Below, in pieces: positions 25,068 through 37,089 of a stretch of 64,000 bases of DNA (within the stretch, counting starts at the first letter, position 1; the number at the start of each line of letters is the position of its first letter). The position numbers were made by a program, and so were the translations under genes. The notes below the pieces were generated by a model. The model made no database searches, was not told the DNA's origin, and was given only the letters and a program-made list of their open reading frames with translations. Location: the NCBI GenBank assembly GCA_964036045.1, contig OZ038378.1, positions 178,002,001 through 178,066,000 of the forward strand, given 5' to 3'. This DNA is from Eutreptiella sp. 'Long Island Sound 2002'. Lineage: Eukaryota > Protista > Euglenida.

Positions 25068-25689
25068 CTACGCACGTGAGGCACAAAGCTTTGGTTTGGG
25101 TTTCAGGTTTGGGTATCAACGTTGTCTGTCCCCAGACGGTGCGGGAAGGCATTTTTGGGACGTGAGAGTGGACAGCGGCCCCTCTGCGCACAAGCGCCGC
25201 TCCTGCCCCATGGCGTGCCTCCCTTGCCAAGTGCCGGCATGCCTCACGCAAGTGAAGTTTGTGAAAATGACAGCAGCGCATGGGTCCTGGTGTCCCGCCA
25301 AAAATCACGATGCTGCTGGGTTTTGTGTGACTTTATTAGGTGTGCATCCACCAGTCCTGAGGCCGGCCCCTTGCCGGGGGGTCGAATCCTGGCAACGCCG
25401 AGGTCCAGCACGGTTTGACGTGCTGGTCTGTCCAGGGCCTTTTTCTGGTACCCATGATTTCCAGCAGAGGTATGAACAACCGTCTGTGTGCCAAACTTTG
25501 TTTTGGCTTTGTGATTTTTTTCGGTTGGCGTTGTGTGCAGCATAACGCCACAAACGAGGCTTCGAAACAATTTTTTTTCGGAGGAAGGGTTTGTGCCTAC
25601 TTTCCTTGCAACATGCGTCTGTACCTACCGACCCCCCTTGCTGCAGCAATGGGTATGCCTCAAGCCCACGCGTCTGCACGCAGACATAC

Positions 25690-26574
25690 CTCGGCGGCGG
25701 ACTGCTGCTTCTTGCGGGCCCGCAGGTGCCCCATGACCCGCTGTGCGGCGAACCAGTCGAGCAGCGCCTGGAGCTCGATGTGGCCCTCGTCGGCCACGTC
25801 GATGTCGCGGAAGGCCTTGCGCATCAGATGGTACTGCTCCCGCCCGATGGTCTGCGAGTGCACGTTGAACTCCACCTGCCGCTGGACGCAGGGCTCGTAG
25901 CAGCGCGGGACGGTCCCGTCGCACGCCACCTGGCCGAGCTGCGTGCTGCGGCACAGCAGCTGGTACAGGGCCGCGACGGTGCGGGAGCACACGCCGGGGT
26001 TGTGGCTGATGTCGAGGGTGGTCAGGTGCGGGTGCCAGAGCAGGACCCTGAAAAGCAGCTCGAGGCTTTGGGAGTCGAGGCCGTTGCGGGAGACGTCGAG
26101 GTGCACCAGCTCCCGGTTGAGCGCGAGGATGTCCAGAAGCGGCAGGACGGAGGTCAGCCCCGCCTTCGAAATCTCCAGCTTCTTCATGGAGCCGTGCCTG
26201 GGGCACTCCCCGAGTTTGGCACAGACCACTTTGCTCATGGGCACCGCAAAGTGCCGGCATGCGTTGCTGTACGTGTCGAGGGGGATGGCGGTGGCGGAGA
26301 TGGATGCCACGCGCACCGCAGACTCGGCAAGGTACTCCTCTACGGTCTGGGCTCGTGGCGCGGGATCGAGCCGATCGGAGCTGAGGCCGAAGGAAGGCGA
26401 CGTGAACCAGGTTTGGTTAATGAGGGACTGCAGCAGTTCGACGGCAAACTGGTTGTACTGAGCCGTGGAGATCCCATCACACCACACGTCCACGAACAGG
26501 AACATGCTCTCGTGGAAATCTTCAAACTCCATTCGGGCCTTGCCTTTGCTCTCACTCTTCCACTCGACGTCCGC
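25690..26574 (-). CDS. EF-hand-like/LRR exon of the large gene
   Basis: Acceptor cctttgTAG|GCG, donor GAG|GTATGT, 885 nt, phase 0. ADVEWKSE..MEFEDFHESMFLFVDVW, then LRRs (LVHLDVSRNGL, LTTLDISHNP) and an EF-like DIDVADEGHIELQ. Confidence 0.9.
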
Positions 26575-29422
26575 CTACAAAGGACAGGGATGCAACCATG
26601 CGGTGTCCACCGTCCAGGCACCGGTCCTGGGGTTCTGGTTCTGGTTCAGGGTTGCCCGGAACGTCTCTGGACTGGTTGAGACTCTGCGTGGCTGTACACT
26701 GCATCGCCCTCGCCGCATCCCTAGTCCCTGGCAATGCTGCCCTCTTGCAATCCTCATCTACCATTGGGGTTGGTGTACCGTTTTCCTTAGACATGAGTTC
26801 GTGCCACTGGGTACTGACAACAAATAAACAAATTTGTCATTCACAAATGTGACAGCCGTTAAACGATTTGTGGTTAAAAAAAAAAAGAAGAGAATTTTTT
26901 TCAAACAAAATGTTGAGGCCAAAATATGTTGGAAAAAAAGTTTCAGGAAAAACTATGCGACCTTCACTACTACAACTGGGGGGAGGCGGGGTATTAGGGC
27001 ACATCCAGATGGTTCTGTGGAAAGATAATACAACTTCAAACTCTTTTTTTCTCCCAAAAAAATGTACAACGACAAACCCAAAATGACGAAAAGGCCCAAT
27101 TGCCACCTTGTCACACAAGTCAGCTGACTCAGGCACAAGCTGAGACGCAATACATCGGCATGTGGCAAATAGAGGACAACGAGATGCCTACTTCAGACTG
27201 CCTTAAAATTTGACAAACCAAGTGCGATGGCACAGAGGCAAACAGAGACCGAGAAATCCTTGAAAGAGGGTTGGGGGGAGGGCAATCACACACGAAATCT
27301 TCACGCATAATTTCCCCCCTTGAAAAAAAATTGGCCCTCGCCAGTGAGTGTCCAAAACCTGAAGGCTTCCCAACACAATTGGGCCCAGCAGCCGAACATG
27401 AGTCATCAGGCGAAGCGGGTTATAGGGGGAATCTTTGCACTGCTCGCTAGTTTTTGACAAGGTCCTCCCTAAAGAACCCCCAGGCACACCCCTTCCAAAT
27501 GCCCCTAAATTTAGGTCACCCAAACTACCCTAGCTAAAGACCAATGCAAGCTACCTTCCCCTCACATCAGACATTATGCAAAATGTGGAAAGCCACACAC
27601 ATGTCCAATTGAATTACAAAATCAGAATGCTCCGGAGTGGCCTTATTTGAAAGCTAACTCACCCTACTAGCTAGTGCCAAAGCCTCGTATGTGTCCACCT
27701 CATCCTCAACTAGACCGGGAGGGCACAGTGGCTTGCAGGAGGGAATCCATGTCAACCTCCGGTTTCCATTTGTGGTACAACCACGCATCCTCATCAGCAG
27801 TGATGTGCCCTTGCATAGGGCATTCGACTATGGTCACGCGAAAAAAGGGGAGTCCGTCACCCTAACTCAAGGGCCCACACCAAAGTGTGGGAGTCCATGG
27901 TGGAGATGAGCAAAAAAGTGTGAAAAGGGGTGGAAATGGGTGAAAGTGGGTGAAAATCCAAAAATGCCATATCCCCAATGTGGAAGAAGCATCAAAACCT
28001 ACGCCAGGGGCAACAATGATGCCCCTAGTATCACAAAGTATGGGTCTCCAGTACGCCCAAATAGTTGCACTGTGCCTGCACTGCGCGCACACTGCGCTTA
28101 AGGCACCCCATAGACACTTCGCCGGTCTGCATATCGGGGGGGGGGGGTCGGAGGGCGGCCAACAAACACATGGTGTCTGATGGGTGTCCTGAGCCAGGGA
28201 GCTAGCGAAGGCTAAGGGGCGGAAAGGGTGCGCTGTGCCCCTCAGGTTGTGCCCTCCAAATCAGTTGGAAGCGGGGAAGCATCAAAATGGCTCCATGATC
28301 CGTGCCTTCTTGGGGGCCCTAGAGCGGGGAGGAATCAAAGTAACTGGGAGTGTGTGCCATGAAGATCGGGGGGGGATTGGGAGGAAAGCGTAGGTGGAGT
28401 GCAAATAAAGTGCACGTCGCATCTTTTTTCGGTTTTGGCGTAAATCAAGTGCACCTTTTTTTAGCATACGCTGCGTCTGGAAATATGTGACAAAAACAAA
28501 GCAACTACATAAGCCGTGCCATCTTGGGGGTCCCTAATATGGGGGATGAAATCAAAGTGGCTACATCCCTCCTGCTGTCTTGGGGGCCAACATGTGGGCA
28601 AAATGGCTGCATAACCCCTGCCGTCTTGGGGACCCAAAGAAAGGATGGGTAAATCCATTTGGCTACAACAGTCGTGCCGTCTCGGCGTTCCCATAGTAGG
28701 AAGGAGTCAAAATGATCGCATTGCCCTCTCAAAACAGAGCAAGGTTGGAGGCGTTCAGGTTTTTTTTTTGCGTTCTTCATGTGCACTTTTTTCATGCAAG
28801 CCACGTTAAAACAAAACGGCGTAAATCACGTGCGCAAAAAAAAGTGCAGATCGTCGAGTGGTCACATCCAAGAACCCGGCAGCTACATATAGGAACGCTT
28901 CCTGTGCGCCGCAGGGGCGCCGTTAGCTTTAGTGTACACTGTCCAAGAAAATGACCCCATGGACCATACGGCTTGTACTTGACGTTGTGCTTGTTGATGA
29001 AACACTGGATGTGAACCACAGCATGAACCATCCAATGGAGGATGCGCTCCTCCCAGTTCATCCCCAACTTGGTGCACGGCTCGCGGCACACAGCCTAAGT
29101 GTACAATTGGGCAAACATATGCTCTCCACGGCCTCGAGTGAAAGAGTGCCCATCACAGATCAATATCATACGGAATCAAATGCACCATTTGTGAAAGATA
29201 GAGGCCCAAAAAGGGGAATGTACAATGAAATAGGAGAAAAAAGTGGTGTGGGGGGGGGGGGAAACGGTATGTAACAAATGTGTGTATGTATGCGGCACTA
29301 TTCCCCAAACTGCGCGCCGCAGGGCGCACCGCAGGCGCCACAGGCGCCGCAGGGAAAGCAGGGAAAGTGTCCCCATAGGGAAATGGATGCAAATAGACAC
29401 AGATCGCAGCAGAGAGGATTAC

Positions 29423-30013
29423 CAGCTTGTCACACTCCTTCTTGGTCCCTTCTGGTACAACCTTCCAGTACAGCTTGCGGTACAGCATTTTGTAGCCCCT
29501 TTGGCCAAGTCTGCCATCCTCCAGTGGAAGCCCGTCCCACAGCTTTTTCAGGAGCGTTTGGAATTCCCCATCCTTGAAGATCTGAGACCGTGCTTGCAGA
29601 CTCTCTGCAGTGTAGGATTCCAGGTCAAAGTCATTACGCTTGCCTGCAAATTCTTTCGCATTGCGTTTCACAGTGTTGCATGGAATTGAGTCCATTTGCT
29701 TTGACTTCTGACGAGGAATTGGGGGCTTGCATGTCCCACATGTTGACTGCGGTGCAGCTTGGGCATTCGAGCCGCGCCGCCCGTTGGACTGTGGCACCTG
29801 CAGAAAGCTACGTGTCGATTGTGGCCCCGCCTTGGCATCCGTGTTGCACGGCGCATCGGAAAGCGGCGCCTGCACAGAGCCACGTGTTGACTGTGGCGCA
29901 GCTTGGGCAGCCGGCTTGCGCCGCCCGTTGGACTGCAGTGCCTGCGGAGAGCCCCTTGTGGACTGTGGTGCTGCGGTGTCATCCGGGCTGCATTGCGCGT
30001 CGGAATGCATCAC
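29423..30013 (-). CDS. 24-aa-repeat plus helical-domain exon of the large gene
   Basis: Acceptor ggtttcatgCAG|GTG, donor CTG|GTAATC, 591 nt, phase 0. APQSTRGS repeats, then FQTLLKKLWDGL...YKMLYRKLY...ECDKL, which joins ADVEW at 26574 in frame. Confidence 0.8.
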
Positions 30014-30419
30014 CTGCATGAAACCAAAGACCGGAGATGGCTGAAGGTACCACAGACACATTGAGAATAACACAGACCCTGTTGCAAGGTCAGGGTGCTA
30101 TTCCTCAAACAGGGCCTCTGACTTGTGTCAAGGTTCAAGGTTTGAAGTCAACGGTAACCCCTTGCCGCCACAAACAGTGCACTTTTCCATAAGAATTGTC
30201 TGTTGACAAAAAGTGAGCAGAGTTGCACTGAAATAATTCTCATCACAGGATGGGAACCTTGATTAACTTGCCCTTTTTACTGCAGCAACCAAGAATCCAC
30301 TAATTCAGGCCCCGAGGCTAATCCAGGGAACTGGGGATGGGTGAAAAAATGGTGTGCGGGGGGTGGGTTCATTTGAGCCCCTTTTTGAGAGCCCCCCCCC
30401 CCCCCCTTTGGGGCTCTGA

Positions 30420-33400
30420 CATAAGCCGCAGAGTGGCACCAGCAGAATGTCGCCCGCTGATCCTAACACATACCCCCCCTATTGTGAGGTAGCAGTGAGT
30501 GGTGGGGAGCGCCCAGCTCCGGATGCCCAACGCCACACGCATAGCCAGATTGGCTTTCCTAATGATTTGGTGAGTAGGAAAAAAGAGAACGGCAATGTGC
30601 CGGAGAACCAGGTACGCCCAAGTATGGAGTGCCTGGACTTTTTCTTCCGCCTTGAGCGGTAAAGAAGCCAAGAACTGTGCCTTTCCCATCAACTTCGCCA
30701 ATGGCCTCTGATACTGGTCGAGGATCGTCGCGTGCCCTAGCCATGTGCCAAGGTACTTCACCTTGGACCTCACCAACACTCCATACAATACCGTTCCAGG
30801 CGGGGGGCATCTGGTCCCTGAAAGACCACTCCGCATTTGTCCATGTTCAGACGGTATCCCAATATCTCCCCATATCTCCGCAAGAGCTGCAGCAAGGAGT
30901 CCAGGGTGCCCTCACTTGTCCAGGAGTGCCAGGAATAAAATGTGCCATGAGCAAACAAAAACGATTCAACCTACAGAAACTTGTGCAGAACCTTTCTGAT
31001 AAGAACCGCTATCAACAGAGAGAAGATCGTTGGGGACAGTGTGTCCCCTTGTTTGATCCCTGTGCCGGGGTGCACGGCGGCTTCCGTCGGTTTCCCACCA
31101 AAAAGCGCAGTGGCCCCGTACACCACAGCTCTGGCACGCCTAGAAACTCTAGAAAAAATTGCAGCAGGGCATGACTCGTGGAGTCAAAGGCTTTTGCGAA
31201 ATCAATGCTAAGCCAAGCGCCTTGTCGTCCCGACTTCCATACTTTTTGAACCGAAGAATAAGTGATCATCCATCTGTCTGCCTTCAATAAACCCTGCCTG
31301 TTGCTTGGGCACGAAAAACAACACGAGGTCATTGAGTGCCAATTTCAACGCACCCGTGAGCCATTTAAGCTTACATGTGAGCAGTGTTATAGGTCGCTGC
31401 TTGGACACTGCAATGCATCCCTGTTCTTTGGGGACGCATCACGTCATCCCTTTGCACCATGACGCAGGCAGGACGCCCGTTTCCTTGACCTCCCTAATAA
31501 TATCCAGCACAGCCGGAGAGAAGTGGGATGAAAACGCCTTGTAGAACGCCCCTGTAAACCCGTCGTTACCCGGCGCCGATGGTGGATCGATGTCCCTGGG
31601 CGCCAGGGCCACCATATCCAGGGTAGGCTCCCTCCATCACTTCTCTGAAACCCCTTGCCACCTCTCTAGCATGTCGGAGAGGTAGTCCCTGCACTCTTGA
31701 TCTGTGGCCTGAGTGGGGGTCATTACCCCGACCCAGTACCTGCATAATTCCTCTACAATGGCCTCTTCCTCTATAAGAATGGTCCCCTCAAGGGACTGTA
31801 ACACTGAATTCTTTCTTTTGGACTGCAGCTGTTGCTGCTGCCGAAGTACCTACTTAGACCTATGTTTCCTGTAGTCGCGAGTTTCCAATTGTGGATTCGG
31901 ACCTGATAATGACATACGGAGCATTTGCAACACCTCCGCATGCCGAATACCATCCTTTTCTCTATCAACCATGCGCATCAAGGCCCTGTGTCCCTGCTGT
32001 GTCGTGTCATACAATACATCACTCTCCTGCAAAATTTGCTCTGCCGCTGAGCGTAAGCAAGTGGGCGACGAAGTGGCAAGCGCTCGCTGCATCGCGAGTA
32101 ACCCCCCGGTTCCAACCCTTGGTCTGCTTATCTAAGCACTGTGCCAAGTGCCTTGCTTGACTCAACACCCAATCCCACCACTGCACCCCACGGAGGTGCT
32201 GGGAGGTCATGAAGACTTCCTGGATACCCTCCTAGAACCTGCTCTCCCCCAACAAGTAGGAACGAAATTTCCATAAGTTGGATTTTTTGCGATCGGCCGT
32301 CGGTGCCAATCTGACCACCACTGCCTTATGGTCCGCTCTGCCCACCGGCGTGGTGAAAACTGACTGGATATGCTCTAACACACACGGGTGTAGTAAAATG
32401 CGGTCAATGCGCCGATCCCCCCTGGTGGGCCCTATCTCTTCCGCCACTTCAGGCTCGGGGTGAACCCGGCGCCAGGCGTCCTACAACCCATCGTTAGCAT
32501 GTTGGCAATTTCTGACTCCCTTGCCTTTTGGATGTTGACCAATTCTGAAAGTGAGACACTCGTTAAGAACTGTGACAGATTGTCCCACGGTGGGTGCATA
32601 ATTGAGTTCATGTCTCCTATAAGGACTGCTGGCGTCCCTGCAAACCTCCACCTTTCCTGTCTTAGGCAAGTCCAGAGTTTCTGATGTTTAGCCGGATCAT
32701 TGGGAAAGTGCACCACAAAAACCAACCATTGCTAACCTTCGGAGTCAGACAGGATTACCCCCAGCGCCCTTACCTGCCCCCTCACAGGAGTAAAAGAAGA
32801 GACCACACTCCAGAGGCCCTTGCGCCGCGCCAACAAGCATCTAATGCTGGCTGTGCGCCGTTTTAATGTCTCTTTGCTGGGCATCCAGGAGCACCACATC
32901 CAGATTCCCCCCGTAAGAGTATCAAAGGATGTAGTCACTGACAAGTTGCAAAGGTTGTTCCCAGCGAAGTGGGCCCTCCTGGCCAATCCATTTTTTTCGG
33001 ATGTGTGGCCCCTTGAGTTGGGGTTAGGAGGGACTCGTAATCCACGCTTTGTTGTGTGGCCCCTTGAGTTGGGGTTAGGGCCCATGCTGCATCCGCGTAA
33101 GAGATGTTCCACTTGCGGCCTGGCCCTGAGCCGCTGTTGGAGTCTCCTTCACGCCCCCCCTTTCCCTTCCCCTTGCGCTTCCCCGCGGCCTCAATCTGAC
33201 GAGACCTCTCCGCATTATACTGCCTATTCCCAATACATGCGGGCTTCCGTGTCCTGGTCCCGGAGCACTTTACCTACCAACTCCGACAACCCTGTACCCT
33301 TCATACGCCAGGTGGATAGCGCCATGTCCCCCGACGTCCATGAGACCCGTGTGATGCTGTCCACGGAAAGGCCGTCGTCAAGCTGCTTGAGCAGGGTTGT

Positions 33401-34850
33401 CACCTCGTCATGGCACATCGTATAGAACCACAGTGTCGTCCAGAGCATCGCCTAATCCCGACCGGACGGACCCTTCTGACAAGTATCCCGCATCTCCCCT
33501 CCCCGAGGGGCTGGTCGGTCTTTCCATTCTTCACCGGCAATCCCGAACCATTGAGCTCCGGCAGAGAGGCTGCACCCCATGCGGCCGCGTCAAACTCCGA
33601 GTACAACCCCAGACGCACTTTGCATTTAGAAGTCACCTGTAGGGCAAATTTCTTACCACTCTCAGAGAAGCACGAGGATGTGGAGTTATACACCACCGAC
33701 CAAAGTTGGGACGCGACATCTTCTTTGGCCGCTGTCATGGGGTATATTTGCAGAACCACTTCGCAGTGATTGAACTCTGCTCCCGAGAATTCGCCAAGAG
33801 ACATTACCTCAAAATAAGAGGTCTCAATCATGTTGCCAATGAGCTCCGGTCGTTCCTCCGCTCCCATGGTATGATGCGTGATCCGGGAGACCCCTCTGGC
33901 CCTCCCCTGGGAGGTTCGGTACGCGTTGCCTTTCTTTTCCATGGCCCGCAAGACTTGCGGTACCAATCTGTTATCCACTTAAACCGCATACCTGTCTGGG
34001 TGGACAGTACTCACCTTCACACTCTGGCTGGCCGTGAGGTCGCCCGGTGCCAGCATTATGTGTGTGTGTGTGTTTGTGTGACGCCCAGCAGGGGAAAACA
34101 ACATTAATGAGGGAGGCCCGCATGGGTCCAGGGCCCCCAACGGTCGCCTGAGGCGCCAGCTTACAAGACAAGTGGTCTAATCCTGGCGGCCCGTGTCCCT
34201 GTCTGAGGAGCCTGCTCGGGTCGCAGTAGAGGGCCTCGCCTGAGCCGGGACCTTTGGAGTTTGGGGGGTTATGTCAACTCTGTCCCTGCTCTTCCATGCC
34301 CTGTGGCGCGCGGCGACCGTATGCGCGTCCTCTTGGCCGCGCGGGGGGGGGGGGGGTTGTGCCCACCCTCCCTCGCTTGTGGAGCCGTTCCCGTAGGCAC
34401 GCGGCTGTGCTTGTTGTTGTTGTCTACGTCGATTTGCTAACGGTGTGCCCCCAGCCCACGGGGTACGCGCTGCCGCGCGACGTTCCCCACCACGCGGACC
34501 CGGCAAGGCCGTGGACGGCCGGGGACGCCCGACGTGCCCCCTGGCACAGCAGTGCCATAGTCCCCTGCCCACCGCCACACATGACGCACATGGTCTGTGT
34601 TTGTGTGCCGCGCAGACTCATAGGCGTGGAAGCCGAGGTCGCTGCTCAGGGCGCCTTGCCACCGAGGACTTCAGCGGCGGGGTAAACAGCGCCGCCCCAC
34701 CGCTCCGTACTGCATCCGCTGTGACGTCCTCCGCGTTGGCCACCCGGTACGGCGGGCCTCTTCTGGCTCACCGGGCCCGCATAAAAATCCCTTGTGTACG
34801 CTCCCGCCGATCGCTTCACTCCCCCTTTGCCTAGGCACCTCTCTTTCCGT
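30420..34850 (-). mobile_element. Decayed L1/Tx1-like LINE (ORF1, APE, RT), 3'-truncated, inside an intron
   Basis: ORF1-like 33400-33978; APE motifs LIGDMN and RRIDRILL; RT motifs RPITLL, QAGFIEGR, WLSIDFAKAFDSTSH, GIKQGDTLSP, VKYLG. Frameshifts and stops throughout. Confidence 0.9.
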
Positions 34851-34949
34851 GACTGCTGCCCTCCTGGCGCTGTCGGCTGTGCCCCCTGCGCCCGTCTTCG
34901 CTTGTGCTGCTGCCGCGCCACTCTTGCTTGCTGCTGGCGGGCCCACCGT

Positions 34950-36570
34950 GTTGAGCTGTACTGCTGCAAGCGCCGTAGGTGGTGCCAAACTGCCACCGGC
35001 CTTGTGAAAGTGGGCCTGCCCTTCACTCCCGCTGTGGTGCCCGCCCCTAACGGGACCAGGGACCGACATCTGTTGGTGAAGCCTGCCGGGAGAATGGACT
35101 CCCGTCCTGCCGCTCTCCGCAGTAGGTTGACGGCCAGCCATATGACTCGGCCTTTTTCTTGTAGGAACATCTCCCCACCCACGAATCTGGTCTGCGGGGT
35201 GGGTGGGAGAGGCCTCCCTGCATGTGATGCCAAGGATAGCACTCCTGGGGCGCCTTACGTTGCCCCACCGGAGATAGGAGGCAGGCCTCCTCCTCTCGCT
35301 GTATTCTGGCTTGCAGTACCGCCAAGAACATGCGGTGCAGCTGGTGCACGAACTGCTGCAGCGGATTCTGGTCGTCGTGAGCCCATTGATGTCCCGCCAA
35401 CGCCAGCTCCACCCGCTTTGTGTGACGCCCAGCATCATAGCTCACACGCTAGCTGCTCTAGCCACAACTGGATGTCATTGAAAAATCACAGCCAGTGCCT
35501 GTGAGAATCTGCGGTCCCGGAGCGGGTGGGCTGGTGGCTAAGCCCAGCCACCTGACATAAAAATCAAAAAACTTCGTGTAATAGCCAAACAATACGTACT
35601 CACAGACACTCACAGTTGACTGGTGCAGCCCCCATGCGCATAGCGAATGCAACCCCCCCCGTTTGCAAATGGGACATTGCACACGAACATGAGCATAGAA
35701 GCGCCATAAAATAATTGCATCGTTGACACTCCAACTTCCCCTCCCCCTTATGTTCCCAGCTAAACACCAAATGCACTTTACTAAGTGTTTGCAAAACTCA
35801 AAGTCCAGTGCCAACTCCAAAAAAGATACTTGTCGATGCGCTTCCAGTAGGCTGTCGTCCTGTGGTAGCCATTGCAGCTCCGAGAGCCAACTCAACATGG
35901 CCGGCAGAAAGTCGGGCCCCCATTTCCGATCCCTGGGCAATTGTTCCAGCTCTGGCTGATCCATCAGACACGGTTTTGGATATCTTTATAATGCAATTGG
36001 TCCACAGAATGTATCATTTTTGGGCCAAATCCTCTCTGTCTTGGAGGCTGCCAAGTCAAGGCGTCATTGACTGTGTCGCTCTACTGGTGACACTGGATCA
36101 GCAGCCCAGAGATAGGAAGGGCACCATATAGAGCATGCCGAATTGCAGGAAACCGTTGCGCACTTTTAAAACCGCCATACCCCATACAATTCCACAACTG
36201 GCTAGGCATTGATCCACTGTGGAGAAAAAAACAAAGCTCTAGCACCGCCGCCTCTCCTCCCACTTCAGCTTCTTGGTGTCCATCCCCTTACACTTGTCCT
36301 TTGACTTTGCCAAATGTCGTTGGCCCCACACCCTCTTCACAAGAATGTCCAGCAGCACATGCTGCTTCGAAAAACCAGAATTGTATTCCTCAACCGTGCA
36401 AAGCAGTGCAGAATCTGGCTCTCCTTCAGCCAGACGCTTTTCTGGTGTGTTGTTGGACCTTGGTTGTGCCACGGTTGCCAATCTAGACCCAGCCCTGGTT
36501 GACAGGTACCGTTTAGATCGCAGGCCACCTGCAAATCCAACGAGACCGCTCTGAAAACCACAGAGGGCAT
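34950..36570 (-). mobile_element. Fragments of a probable second non-LTR element family
   Basis: Coding-like pieces WGPDFLPAMLSWLSELQW...QVSFLELALDFE and NPLQQFVHQLHRMFLAVLQAR, interrupted by unrelated sequence. No catalytic motif seen. Confidence 0.35.
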
Positions 36571-36885
36571 GCATTATGAAAAACGCATATTGCCCCGCGC
36601 ACTACATCCCCACTTGCCCATGCCCCGCTCCATGTTCCAGGACCTCCGAGTAAGGCAAGAGTATGTCTCTTGGTGTAGCCTTGTGACGGGATAGTGTGAT
36701 GCAGAGGTTGTGTATGTGAGTGTGTCCGCATGCAAGCAGATGTCCATGCAACTGACAGTCCTGCCCATGCTCTACCTGAATTGGGTTGCCTATTTTCGAG
36801 TTTTCTATGCCCTTATTCATCCTGTTTTGCTTGTACAAGCACATGGGCACAAGACAACTGGCAGAGGAGCCAGAAATACAACTAC

Positions 36886-37089
36886 CTTCGCATTCGAGTT
36901 GCGCCGCCTGTTGGACTGCGGCACCTGCAAAGAGCCACGTGTTGACTCTGGTGCTGTGGTGTCATCCGAGTTGCCCTGTGCTTCCAAATGTGGCGCCTGC
37001 ACAGAGTCACATAATGACTGTGGCGCAGCTTTAGCATCCGACTTGCACCGCCCGTTGGACTGTGGCACCTGCAAAGAGCCATGCGTGGA
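36886..37089 (-). CDS. Candidate 68-codon repeat exon in array unit 1 (also 38557-38760, 40227-40430, 41899-42102, 43570-43773, 45238-45441)
   Basis: Homologous to the 3' end of exon 51334-49604, including its donor (NSNAK|GTAGTT versus NSDAK|GTACTT). Phase-0 acceptor ccaCAG|TCC, or tttgCAG|GTG 21 nt further in. Confidence 0.5.

Noticed and set aside
25591-26679. Long overlapping ORFs opposite or out of frame with GC-rich exons (also 5427-6353, 58411-58959, 61479-62000)
   Set aside because: Expected shadow ORFs of high-GC coding sequence.
28960-29094. Exon-like segment AVCREPCTKLGMNWEERILHW... inside the 29423-26574 intron
   Set aside because: The flanking exons already join into a continuous motif without it, and its donor phase does not fit.
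29385-29402. GTGTCTATTT on the minus strand, resembling part of the euglenid spliced leader
   Set aside because: Only about 10 nt match, it lies just inside an intron, and there is no following SL donor or Sm-site context.
33400-34850. Searched the LINE 5' regions for a 2A-like peptide or HDV-like ribozyme as in trypanosome L1Tc/ingi
   Set aside because: No D(V/I)ExNPGP motif and no convincing nested pseudoknot seen by eye.
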